Source: an uncultured delta proteobacterium (GTDB lineage Bacteria > Myxococcota_A > UBA9160 > UBA4427). Taken from it: a stretch of 64,000 bases of DNA. The position numbers and the translations under genes are program-made. The stretch covers positions 1,536,001 to 1,600,000 of the forward strand of contig CAWGJT010000005.1 of NCBI GenBank assembly GCA_963822965.1, in the 5' to 3' direction. Position 1 is the stretch's first letter. Every line of letters starts with the position of its first letter. The notes below the pieces were generated by a model, which worked only from the letters and a program-made list of their open reading frames with translations, was not told the origin of the DNA and searched no databases. This document shows, piece after piece, positions 31,303 to 40,232 of this stretch.

Positions 31303-31890
31303 GTGGCACATCCGTCGAATGACCTGGATCCCCGCTTCCGGGTGGGTCTCAGCGCCCTGCTGGCGGCGATCGCTGCGTTCGGCGCGGTGGACCTGGCGCT
31401 CGACCAGGCGGACTCGTGGCTCTCCCCCCATGTGCTCTTCGAGCTGGGCTTCGTGGCGCTGTGCCTGTCTGCGGTCGTCTATCTCTGGCGCGGTTGGGCG
31501 GGAGCCCGGCGCGGTCTCCACAGCACGACCCGGGAGCTTCGCGACCGGGAGGGCGAGCGCGACCTGTGGAAGGCCCGGGCGACGAAGCTCCTGCAGGGGC
31601 TGGGCGCCGAGATCGAGGCGCAGTTCGACCAGTGGTCGCTCACGCCCGCCGAGAAGGAGGTGGCCCTGCTCCTCCTGAAGGGTCTCGGTCACAAGGAGGC
31701 CGCCGCGGTGCTCGGGCGCAGCGAGCGCACCGTGCGCCAGCACGCGGTCAACGTCTACCGCAAGTCCGGCCTGGCCGGGCGCGCCGAGCTGTCGGCGTTC
31801 TTCCTGGAAGACCTGCTGCTACCGGCGGCCGACGGTCGCGGAAGCCCGGATCAGGCGGAGCCGTCGCTGCGAACGGCGGTCACCGAGTAG
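31303..31890 (+). CDS. Membrane-anchored LuxR-type HTH regulator
   Basis: Two N-terminal TM helices (with H..FE); QF.QW.LTPAEKEVALLLLKGL..KE.A..RSERTVRQH...Y.KSG. Confidence 0.87.
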   Translation: MAHPSNDLDPRFRVGLSALLAAIAAFGAVDLALDQADSWLSPHVLFELGFVALCLSAVVYLWRGWAGARRGLHSTTRELRDREGERDLWKARATKLLQGLGAEIEAQFDQWSLTPAEKEVALLLLKGLGHKEAAAVLGRSERTVRQHAVNVYRKSGLAGRAELSAFFLEDLLLPAADGRGSPDQAEPSLRTAVTE

Positions 31891-32450
31891 ACGATGCCGT
31901 CGTCCTTGCCGGCGCTCAGCACCCAACGAGAGAGCCCGGGGGGCTGGGCCGCGTTCTCCTTCGCCCAGGCGAGGAAGTCGCGGAACATGCCGTAGTGCAT
32001 GCCCAGGAAGAGGGCGTCCACCTGGCGCTGGGGGAACTCGTCCCCTTCCCGGAAGAACTGCGCGAGCCACCCGAACATGAACTGCGGCTCGGAGCCCACC
32101 CAGACGCTGCCCGGCTCGGCACGGTGGCGGAAGTAGCTCCGCTGGAAGACGCGGGCGGCCAGCACGAACACCTCGCGGTCCGGCTCGCTCTGGGGGTACT
32201 GGATGTGGATGAGGGCCAGGGAGCGATAGCCCCTCTCCGGCTGGTTCTGCTTCAGCTCGGCGACGGCGCGCTCGTAGAGCGCCTGGGCGTCGAGCCTCGC
32301 TTCGCTGCAGGTGGGCTTCACCCCTTCCGGGGGAACGGCGACGAGCGTCTCCCCGGCGACCTCGGGACACGCCGACTCACCCGAGAGTGCGGCACAGCCG
32401 ATCGACGTCACCAGCAGGAGGGGAAGCGCTCGCACGGTCATCGCCGTCAT
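31851..32450 (-). CDS. Hypothetical lipoprotein with a TPR/BamD-like helix pair
   Basis: Lipobox-like LLVTSIGC; ALYERAVAELK...YP.S. Confidence 0.62.
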   Translation of the reverse strand: MTAMTVRALPLLLVTSIGCAALSGESACPEVAGETLVAVPPEGVKPTCSEARLDAQALYERAVAELKQNQPERGYRSLALIHIQYPQSEPDREVFVLAARVFQRSYFRHRAEPGSVWVGSEPQFMFGWLAQFFREGDEFPQRQVDALFLGMHYGMFRDFLAWAKENAAQPPGLSRWVLSAGKDDGIVYSVTAVRSDGSA

Positions 32451-33244
32451 CGCGCGGCCTGGCGGCTCTCACCGCCGAAGGCGGAATCGAGGGCGGCGGT
32501 GAGCTCGGGCACGACGTCGGGGCTCCACCGGCCCTGGAAGAGCACCCTCCCTTCGTTCGTCTGGAGCAGCAGGGTGGGCATGGGCGTTCCGTCGGCGAGC
32601 AGGGTGCTCGCATAGGCCTCCGAGAGGAAGTCGTAGACGAAGGGCACGCTCCAGCCGAGGGAGCGCAGCTGCTCGCGCGTCCCCGCGTCACGGTGCCGGC
32701 CCTGGGGAAAGAGGATCGTCATCACGCCGTGGCGGTCCGAGAGCGGCGCAAGGGCGGCCGCCAGTGCCCCGAACTCCTCGCCGTCCGGATCGGCGAAGAC
32801 GCACAGGAAGCCGGGGCGGTCGGCGCTGGCCGCGGGCGCGAGGGCGGACAGCTGCTGACCGGCAGAGTCGACGAGCCGGGTACCGATGGCCTCGGTGAAG
32901 TTCGGAGCCGACTTCTCGAGCTCGCCTCGACGAATGCGGTCGGCCTGCTCGACCAGGTCCGTCTCGTCGACGGGGACCTCGTACTTGCCCGCCGAGCCGA
33001 AGTCGATGCGCGCCACGCCCGACGTCGCGACGCGGATCAGGACGCCGAGCGTGCCTGCACGGAGCGGCTTCTCGCGTCCCGCAGGCTGCCAGTCCTCCAC
33101 CAGGGAGACGCGGTAGGGCCAGAGGCGATCGGCGCTCGCGAGACTCGACGCGGTGAGCGTGTCGGCGGGTGCGGCGGGGCCGCCGGCCGTGACGGCGAGC
33201 AGCCACGGCTGGAGCAGGAGCAGGGCGACAAGGGCGCGCTTCAC
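32447..33244 (-). CDS. Hypothetical secreted protein, C-terminal thioredoxin-like fold without CxxC
   Basis: Signal peptide (M)KRALVALLLL; FLCVFAD...PFVYD...PTLLL..EGRVL; ATGA overlap with the next gene. Confidence 0.6.
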   Translation of the reverse strand: MKRALVALLLLQPWLLAVTAGGPAAPADTLTASSLASADRLWPYRVSLVEDWQPAGREKPLRAGTLGVLIRVATSGVARIDFGSAGKYEVPVDETDLVEQADRIRRGELEKSAPNFTEAIGTRLVDSAGQQLSALAPAASADRPGFLCVFADPDGEEFGALAAALAPLSDRHGVMTILFPQGRHRDAGTREQLRSLGWSVPFVYDFLSEAYASTLLADGTPMPTLLLQTNEGRVLFQGRWSPDVVPELTAALDSAFGGESRQAAR

Positions 33245-33312
33245 GTCGTAATCTTCCCGTCTCGATCGTGGCCGCGAGCACTTCCTGCCTGGAGGGGCTC
33301 GGGGAACGAAGG

Positions 33313-33344
33313 GGAGCCGCCACCCTCGAGCGGGTGGCGGCTCC
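33313..33344 (-). terminator. 13-bp GC hairpin after the PEP-CTERM gene
   Basis: GGAGCCGCCACCC-tcgagc-GGGTGGCGGCTCC. Confidence 0.7.
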
Positions 33345-33365
33345 GGTTCGTTTCCGAAGCCAGGC

Positions 33366-34265
33366 TCAGGCGCGGCGCGGCAGGACCCTGAGACCCAGGA
33401 TTCCAGCGAGGAGCATGAGCACCATGCCGGGCTCCGGAACCGGAATCGCCGCGATGGCCACGTTGTCGATGATCGGCAGCTCTCCACCCGAGCCCGGGGT
33501 GAACCCCAGGCGCACGTAGCCCGTCGAGCTCGCACCCGGATCGAGGGGCATGCTGTAGCGCGTGTCCGCCGCCGTCAGCACCACCGAACCGAAGCTCGAG
33601 TAGGTGCTGCCGTCGGGCGAGAACTCGACCGTCACCGTGGTGCTGCACTCGCCGGCACCCACCGGGTCGCAGTCGAGCGCCCCACCGTCGTCCCCGCCGC
33701 CCGAGACCACCCGGCCGCCGAAGGAGACGGCCCAGCTCGCCGCGGCGTCCGGCGCCACGTCGGCCTCGAAGACCACCGCCACGCTGTTCGTCGCCTGCAT
33801 GGCGAGCAGGTTCTGGAAGGCCTGGCCTTCGGCCCGCAGGACGCCGTGAGCGTCGAACGAGGTGTGGCCGGGGGTGGCCCAGGGCGCGTCGCGGTTGGAC
33901 CGCACCGGGCCGTCCACGTTCGGTGCCGAGCACCCTTCCGGACCGCCGCTCCCGCCGACCGGCACGCGCTCGCAGTTCATCGAGCCGGCCGTGGGAAGGA
34001 AGTCCGTCGTGGTGGAGCTGGAACCGAACGATCCGTCGAAGTAGAGGGTCCCGATCGCGGCCGACTCGGCCCCTGCGTTGAACGTCGGATCGAGATCCGA
34101 GTAGTTCGCCGGCAGGGTGTCGGTGAACGGGGCCAGGCTTCCGTCGCCGCGGTACTGGGAGAAGTCCCAGCCCGCGACCGTCTCCGCTCCCGCCGTCGAG
34201 GCCCCCAGAACGAGGAGGGCCGAGACGGCGACGAGCGAAGCCTTTGCGCGCAGTCTGTTTCTCAT
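33366..34265 (-). CDS. PEP-CTERM sorting-domain surface protein
   Basis: Signal peptide, VAGWDF N-terminus, C-terminal IDNV...VPEPG + hydrophobic helix + RR. Confidence 0.88.
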   Translation of the reverse strand: MRNRLRAKASLVAVSALLVLGASTAGAETVAGWDFSQYRGDGSLAPFTDTLPANYSDLDPTFNAGAESAAIGTLYFDGSFGSSSTTTDFLPTAGSMNCERVPVGGSGGPEGCSAPNVDGPVRSNRDAPWATPGHTSFDAHGVLRAEGQAFQNLLAMQATNSVAVVFEADVAPDAAASWAVSFGGRVVSGGGDDGGALDCDPVGAGECSTTVTVEFSPDGSTYSSFGSVVLTAADTRYSMPLDPGASSTGYVRLGFTPGSGGELPIIDNVAIAAIPVPEPGMVLMLLAGILGLRVLPRRA

Positions 34266-34306
34266 GGGAAAGAGCTCCTTGGCAGGGGCGTTCGCCCGTG
34301 CGCCGT

Positions 34307-36112
34307 TCAGTCCGCGAGCTGGCCCGCGAGGTTGAGAGCCGTCCAGCCGGTGGTCCAGAGCGGAGCCGGTCCGGCCGGGAAGGCGCCCCGATAGGTCGCC
34401 GCGCGATCGAGCCCCTTGACCTTCGGGGTCACCCCGCAGTCCGCCCCCGCGCCCGCCGGGCGCGGATCGTAGGGCGTGCCACCGAACGTCTTGCCGTCGA
34501 AGCCGACGGGGTTCTCCTGCACGAGGCCCGCGAAGCCACCGCCCGTGGCGCGGATGTTCGCGCTGCAGGCGAGACCGGTGTCGAAGAGCGCGTAGGCGTC
34601 GCCGTTGTCCGCCACGCCTTCGGCGTTCGTGGCGCCCGCGGCAAGCGCCGCCGAGCCGTCGCAGGAGGTCGCGATCAGCCGGACGAGATCGTCCGCGGCG
34701 TGATCCACCACGTCGTTGTTCGTGGTCGACTCCCCCACGCCGGTGTCGATGGCGAGGCAGGGGTTGCCGACGTTCACCAGCGCGCTGTTGACCACCTGGC
34801 CCGCGAAGCCGTGGCGCATCTGCACGCCGGTATTCGCCGAGGCCGCCGAGACGGCCGGGTTCGTGATGTCCGGCACCGAGCCGATGCTGGTGTAGTTGGA
34901 GATGTAGGCGGCGGAGAGCGGCCACGGGGTGCTGTCGGTCGCGTCGTTGGCCTGGGCCCGCGGATCGAGCGGGAACACCGTGGCGGAGTAGGCCGTGCGG
35001 ACGTTGACGTCGAAGTCCGGCTGGCCCGGATCCCGGTTGTAGTCGTCGCCGTCGAGCTCGGCCATCTTGTCGCCGGAAGCGGAGCCGAAGGGCGCGCCCG
35101 AGTCCTGGTTGAAGAAGGGCATGATGCTGAACGCGAACTGGATGGAGCCGGTGTAGCCGTCGTCGATGTCCAGCTGGTCGTCGCCCGCGTAGGCCACCAC
35201 CAGGTGGTTCGGGCTCACGGTGCCGCCGAAGAACTCGAAGCCGTCGTCGAAGTTCGCGTACACCTCGACGTACTCGACGATGGTGGCGTCGCCGATGCCG
35301 CACAGGGTGACGCCGTTCAGCTCGTTGCCGTTGCCGATCTCGTCGCCGGCGTGCCGGACCGAGACGTAGCGGAGCACGCCCGAGCTGTCGTGGGGCTCCT
35401 TGCCGCCGCACTGGGCGTCGGTGAAGTCGAAGCCCGGAAGCGTCAGGCCCTCGACCAGCAGGTGCCCGATGCCGCCGGGCGCATTGTACTGGTTGGCCAC
35501 GTTGATGGGCGCCTGGCCCAGCAGCACGAGACCGCCCCACTGGGAGAGGTTGGCGCTGCCGTCGGACGCCAGCGGGGGCAGCGGGGAGCCCAGGGGATCG
35601 GCGTCGCAGAACGTGGCGTTCGCCGCGGTCTCGGGCGTCGAGCAGGTGCCGCCGGCGATGCAGCCCGCGAGGTCCTGGTAGCCGGGATGCGGGTCGAAGA
35701 AGCCGTCGCCGTTGCCGTCGTCGCACACGCCGTCGCCGTTGTTGTCCACGGCGGCGGTGGTCATGATGATCGGGTTGTTGGCGGTGCCTTCCGCGATGAT
35801 GCGGGCGTCCTGGGTGATGAGGAGCGCGCCGGGCGTGCCCGCGACCGTTCCGGCGACCGCGCGCCGCGGCTGTCCGCGCACCACGGTGCCGGGCAGGATC
35901 GTGAGGGTGACGCCGTCCTGCACGAAGACCGGCGCCTCGAGGCAGATCGGGCTCGGGTTGGCCGCGCCGCCCCAGGTCGTGTCGACGTTGATGCTGTCCT
36001 GCACGGCGTCGTTGACGCCGACGATCGTGCCGCAGGGCTGCGCGCTGGCGGTGCCGGCGAAGCCAGCGGCTGCCAGCAGCAGCGCAGAAGTGATCGCGAG
36101 AGACTTTCGCAT
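34307..36112 (-). CDS. Secreted beta-helix-like protein of the family found next to TonB-dependent receptors
   Basis: Signal peptide; LTILPGTVV, IIAEGTANNPIIMT, WGGLVLLG.APIN, DSSGVLRYVSVRHAG, NELNGVTL.G.G, N.DDGFEFFGGTV, YRGAF...WT.GWT. Confidence 0.82.
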   Translation of the reverse strand: MRKSLAITSALLLAAAGFAGTASAQPCGTIVGVNDAVQDSINVDTTWGGAANPSPICLEAPVFVQDGVTLTILPGTVVRGQPRRAVAGTVAGTPGALLITQDARIIAEGTANNPIIMTTAAVDNNGDGVCDDGNGDGFFDPHPGYQDLAGCIAGGTCSTPETAANATFCDADPLGSPLPPLASDGSANLSQWGGLVLLGQAPINVANQYNAPGGIGHLLVEGLTLPGFDFTDAQCGGKEPHDSSGVLRYVSVRHAGDEIGNGNELNGVTLCGIGDATIVEYVEVYANFDDGFEFFGGTVSPNHLVVAYAGDDQLDIDDGYTGSIQFAFSIMPFFNQDSGAPFGSASGDKMAELDGDDYNRDPGQPDFDVNVRTAYSATVFPLDPRAQANDATDSTPWPLSAAYISNYTSIGSVPDITNPAVSAASANTGVQMRHGFAGQVVNSALVNVGNPCLAIDTGVGESTTNNDVVDHAADDLVRLIATSCDGSAALAAGATNAEGVADNGDAYALFDTGLACSANIRATGGGFAGLVQENPVGFDGKTFGGTPYDPRPAGAGADCGVTPKVKGLDRAATYRGAFPAGPAPLWTTGWTALNLAGQLAD

Positions 36113-36219
36113 GCTTGATTACCCCGTCCTTCTTCCGTGGTGTACCCCCAAGGGGGGGCGTCGGTGGATTCCGGTTGCGCAAGGCCGGCGGGGACGCCGG
36201 TCCCTGCTGGACGGGCGGC

Positions 36220-36262
36220 ATCATGGCAGGACGGAATTACCGCGGCGTTCCACTCCCGTTAC
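36220..36262 (-). promoter_or_regulatory. Pho-box-like promoter upstream of the beta-helix gene
   Basis: Minus strand GTAAC-n6-GGAAC-n6-GTAAT (11-bp period), then exactly 10 nt to an extended -10 TGc-CATGAT. Confidence 0.55.
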
Positions 36263-36279
36263 GTTCTCGTGCGGTCGCG

Positions 36280-39200
36280 TCAGAACGCGTACTTGAGCTC
36301 GACGGTGTAGTCCCGACCGACCTTGTACTGACGCTCCTTGATCTTCTGTGTCGTCTGCTCGGGGTCGTAGAGGATGCTGCGCTTGCTGTCGGTCAGGTTC
36401 TTCGCCGTGAGCTTGATCGACAGCCCCTTCCAGAGCCTCTGGCTCACGATCAGGTCCAGCTGGCCGTACGAGCCCACGTACTGGTCCAGGGTGAACGACG
36501 TGATCTGGCCCGCCTGGTTGGGCGTCGCCACCCCGGCGGCGTCGAGCACGTCGGAGATGCCGAAGAACGCGAGCGTCGCCCGGGTGCCCCAGTCCGGCTG
36601 GTCGAAGGTGACATCCGCGTTCACGATCCACTCGGGCTGGCCATAGAGCCGGCGGCTCTGCTTCAGGCCGTCGAAGCGAGCGCCGCTCACCAGGTCGGTC
36701 CGGCCGAAGAAGGCCGTCGATCGCTCGAGCTCGGCGTCGCTGCGGTCGACCTGGGCGTCGATCCAGGTGAAGTTGCCGCCCAGGGAGAGGTAGTCGAGGA
36801 AGCCGAGACCCTTCGCGCCGAAGGAGAGGAAGCCCAGGTTCTTGCGGCCCTCCACCTCGATTCCCCAGAGCTTCGCCTCGCTCGGGTTGTTGAAGAACGT
36901 GCGGAACTGGGACGTCGACGACCCGTCGAAGTCCGTCGGGTCGCGCACCACGATCTGCTCGATGGGATCCTGGATGGTCTTGTAGAAGCCGCTGAACGCG
37001 AAGAGGTCCCCGACGTCCCCCCACACCACCTCGAGCCGGCCGTCGAAGCTCTCCACGTCCGAGAGCCCCAGACGGGGGTTGCCGATGGTGAGATCGTCGG
37101 TTCCGGGCTCGACGGACACGTAGTAGCCGATCTCGCGGAACGAGGGCCTTGCCACGGTCTGCGAGTAGGCCCCACGCAGGGTCAACCAGTCGAACGGGCG
37201 GAAGGCGATCCCGGCGGACGGCAGGGCCCGATTCTCGTCGATCTTGCCGTTCACCGCACCCTGGATCTCCGACGAATCGATCAGATCCACGCACTGCCCG
37301 CTGCCGTACTGGCCGGCCGGGATGACGTTGCCGGCCGTGTCGCGACAGGGACCGACGGACGGGTCGAGTCCCAGGATCTCGTCGTTGTACGGAGGCGGAC
37401 GCTTGAACTCGCGGACGGAGTTGTCGAGCCGGTCGAGGAAGAGATACTTGGTGGGAAAGATGAGCGGCGTCTGGTCGAACGCGAAGCCCGGGGTGAAGGG
37501 ATCGTTCTTCGACTCGATCAGGATGTTCTCGAGCCGGACCCCGCCCAGGAGATCCAGCCATTCCCAGAGCGTCGCCTTCACGCCCAGGTTCCACGCCGCG
37601 ATCTCGCGCTTCGATTCGTTCTTCGTCGTGATGAGCCCCGAAAGGGACCCATCCGCGCCGCGATTCAGCGCCGTTCCGAAGATCTTCCTGCCGAGCTCTT
37701 CCGGGGTATCGGCGAAGATCGCGAACTGCGTGCCGCTGCCGACGCACCCCTCGGCGACCGTGCAGCCGGCGATCGTCGTGGACTCGGCCTTGAGGAAGTC
37801 GGAGGTGACGTTGCGCTTGGCGTGCTCGTACCAGATGCCGGTGGTCACCTTGCCGGCGAGCCAATCGAGGAGGTCCCGCTCGTACTCCCCGTCGGCGCGG
37901 CCGAAGTACTGATCCTCGTCGATGGAGTTGCTGCTCGAGAGGAGCCCCTTGGCGGCGAGATACTTGCCCGGGCCGAGATCCGCCGGATCCACGGGAAACA
38001 CCGTTGGCAGGCCGCCGGGAATCTGATTGATGGGAGTGACCCCGGCCGGACACCCAAGCGCGGTGAGGGTGGTGAGCCCGCACGGCTCGAACCAGATGCG
38101 CGCCCCGAGAGCCTCGTCATCCTGGGAGGTGGTCGCGTAGTTCGCCGCCCAGGTGAGCTTCAGACCGTCCACCCGAGCGATCTCGTGCTCCCCGTTCACC
38201 TGCGTGATGAAGAGGTCGCGGCGGACCTTGAACGACTGGTCCTCCTGGAAGCTCGAGGCCCAGGGCGCGCCCCGGGTCACCGTTTCGGCCAGAGAGACCC
38301 GGATCGACCTCGCGATCCAGGAGTTCTCCGTCGCGACCTGCCCCGGCACGTAGGGCGGGCTCGAACCGTCGAAGACGTTGAAGTCGATCTCCTCTCCGTC
38401 GGCCTCGAGCTGCGGCAGGATGCCGTAGTCGAAGCTCGGGAGATAGCCGTCTTCCCGGAGCTGCACGGTCTTCTCGTGCGCACGCGTCCAGAAGACCGAG
38501 GCGTCGATCTTGTGGTTGCCGGCCTCGTCGAGATCGAATCCGAAGCCGCCGAAGAGGGTGAGCCGCTCGTCGTAGGCGCTGGTGGTGAGGTCGAAGCGGC
38601 CCTTGGTGAGGCTGAGCTCACCGAAGGCGAGATCGCCGGCGGGAAAGTGCGACGAGGCTCCGAAGCGAGCGGGCTGGCGCCCCTCCTGGAAGCCCTTCGC
38701 GGTGTCGTAGTCGCTCTGCCAGTTGACGACCGCCTTGTAGCGAACCTCGCGCTTCCAGAAGTCCTTGCGGCCGCCGAGCGCCGCCGAGACCTCGCCGTAG
38801 ATCGTGTCGGTGCCGTCGACCTCCTTGCCCACCGGAGAGCCCCCCTGGTACTTCAGGAAGCGGTCCCAGGCGTTCTCGTTGATCCCCCCCTTGGCGCTCA
38901 CGGTGAACGAGAACGGCTCTTCGGGGTACTGGTGGGTGACGATGTCGATCGACCCGCCGGCGGAGTTGCTCGGCAGCTCCGGCGCGAACGTCTTCGTGAC
39001 CACCAGGTTGTTCACGATCTCCGACGGAAACAGGTCCAGCGGAACCGACTGGCGGTCGGGGTCGGGGCTCGGCACGGGCGCGCCGTTGTAGAGCGTGCTG
39101 CTGTAGCGGTCTTCGAGACCCCGGATGATGGCGAACTGTCCCTCCACCACGTTCACGCCGGCGACCCGCTTGAGCGCATCGGCGACGTCACCGGAGGCGT

Positions 39201-39810
39201 ACTTGGAGAGGTCCTCGGCGCTCATGATGTTGAGCATCTGGTCCGACTCCATGCGGATGTCCAGGGCGTCCATCATCTCGCCCACCGTGGACGCCTCCAC
39301 CACGTACTCGTCGAGCTGGAGCACCTGGTCGGAGGTGCCGGTGGGGACCGGCGGCAGCGGGAAGTCCGCGGGGTTCACCACCCCGGCGCGGACCTCGAAG
39401 TTCTTCATCGCCGAGGTGCGGTAGCCCGCCTTGACGAAGCTCAGGTCGTAGCGTCCGGGCGGAATCGAGGGGAGCTCGTAGAAGCCCGCGCCGTCGGTGA
39501 TCGCGATCTCCTGGTGGGGCTCGCCGGGACCCTCCTGGGGCCACACGACGATCACCGTCACGCCCCGCACCGGCGTGCCCTGCTCTCCGTCGAAGACGCG
39601 CCCCTGGATGCTTCCCTCGCCTTCCTTCTGTCCCTCGGGCACGTCCCCCACCGCCTTTGCGGTGCCCAGGTTTCCGAGCACGTCGTCGAGGTCGTCCTGC
39701 GCCCGGGCGAGACGGAGGGGCAGGATCGTCGACAGGACGAGCAGGAAGCAGAAGACGAGCTTCGGCCACGCCGCGGCGCCGGAGGGGGATCGCTGGCGAT
39801 CTGTGCTCAT
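36280..39810 (-). CDS. TonB-dependent receptor with an N-terminal carboxypeptidase-regulatory-like domain
   Basis: SIQGRVFD..G.P..GVTV, plug DALKRVAGV..IRGL.DRY, LDLFPS, YSQTVARP.FRE, GNP.L, terminal NLTD...YAF. Confidence 0.93.
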   Translation of the reverse strand: MSTDRQRSPSGAAAWPKLVFCFLLVLSTILPLRLARAQDDLDDVLGNLGTAKAVGDVPEGQKEGEGSIQGRVFDGEQGTPVRGVTVIVVWPQEGPGEPHQEIAITDGAGFYELPSIPPGRYDLSFVKAGYRTSAMKNFEVRAGVVNPADFPLPPVPTGTSDQVLQLDEYVVEASTVGEMMDALDIRMESDQMLNIMSAEDLSKYASGDVADALKRVAGVNVVEGQFAIIRGLEDRYSSTLYNGAPVPSPDPDRQSVPLDLFPSEIVNNLVVTKTFAPELPSNSAGGSIDIVTHQYPEEPFSFTVSAKGGINENAWDRFLKYQGGSPVGKEVDGTDTIYGEVSAALGGRKDFWKREVRYKAVVNWQSDYDTAKGFQEGRQPARFGASSHFPAGDLAFGELSLTKGRFDLTTSAYDERLTLFGGFGFDLDEAGNHKIDASVFWTRAHEKTVQLREDGYLPSFDYGILPQLEADGEEIDFNVFDGSSPPYVPGQVATENSWIARSIRVSLAETVTRGAPWASSFQEDQSFKVRRDLFITQVNGEHEIARVDGLKLTWAANYATTSQDDEALGARIWFEPCGLTTLTALGCPAGVTPINQIPGGLPTVFPVDPADLGPGKYLAAKGLLSSSNSIDEDQYFGRADGEYERDLLDWLAGKVTTGIWYEHAKRNVTSDFLKAESTTIAGCTVAEGCVGSGTQFAIFADTPEELGRKIFGTALNRGADGSLSGLITTKNESKREIAAWNLGVKATLWEWLDLLGGVRLENILIESKNDPFTPGFAFDQTPLIFPTKYLFLDRLDNSVREFKRPPPYNDEILGLDPSVGPCRDTAGNVIPAGQYGSGQCVDLIDSSEIQGAVNGKIDENRALPSAGIAFRPFDWLTLRGAYSQTVARPSFREIGYYVSVEPGTDDLTIGNPRLGLSDVESFDGRLEVVWGDVGDLFAFSGFYKTIQDPIEQIVVRDPTDFDGSSTSQFRTFFNNPSEAKLWGIEVEGRKNLGFLSFGAKGLGFLDYLSLGGNFTWIDAQVDRSDAELERSTAFFGRTDLVSGARFDGLKQSRRLYGQPEWIVNADVTFDQPDWGTRATLAFFGISDVLDAAGVATPNQAGQITSFTLDQYVGSYGQLDLIVSQRLWKGLSIKLTAKNLTDSKRSILYDPEQTTQKIKERQYKVGRDYTVELKYAF

Positions 39811-39952
39811 GTGGCGTGAAGTGGGCCCGACGAGTGCTGTGGAATCACCGACACCGAAACGCGATCGTCACGATTTCAGGCCGGCCGGGGGGGCGAGTCA
39901 GCGAAGGACGCCGTTGCGGCGCCTACGGTAGTCGTCGCCGGTAGGCATCCGC

Positions 39953-40081
39953 TCGACGAGTCATTGACAAGCGCAGGGCAATTTCGTGACGGCCGACGGC
40001 GGACGCAGGCCGCACGGTTTCGCCGCATGCAGCCCGGAAGTTCGTTGCGTGAACGTCACGCTTTCGTAGCGCAAAGGTGAG
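39953..40081. promoter_or_regulatory. Divergent promoter region with 11-bp-period repeats on both strands (Pho-box-like)
   Basis: Minus strand: GTCAC/GCCCT/GTCAA/GTCGA at 39990, 39979, 39968, 39957; plus strand: GTTGC/GTCAC/GTAGC/GTGAG at 40044, 40055, 40066, 40077. Confidence 0.42.
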
Positions 40082-40232
40082 CGCGCCGGCCGCTATCGAG
40101 ACGTCTTGTTTCGGTACGATGTCGGCGCTCACGAGCATTCCCCCTCCCCGACGAAGAACGCTGACGCATAGAGACGCCAGAAGTGCGGACCGCCTCACCC
40201 GGACGAGCCCGCGGACGAGCAGGCAGAAGACC

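Noticed and set aside
33366..36224. 952-aa PEP-CTERM ORF
   Set aside because: The first ~650 aa are an off-frame read of the beta-helix gene; the real start is ATG 34265, with an RBS and signal peptide
36115..39819. 1234-aa plus-strand ORF
   Set aside because: Antisense shadow of the TonB-dependent receptor
39964..39969. Perfect TTGACA as a sigma70 -35 box for the energiser operon
   Set aside because: No credible -10 box at 16-18 bp spacing; it fits better as a minus-strand GTCAA half-site
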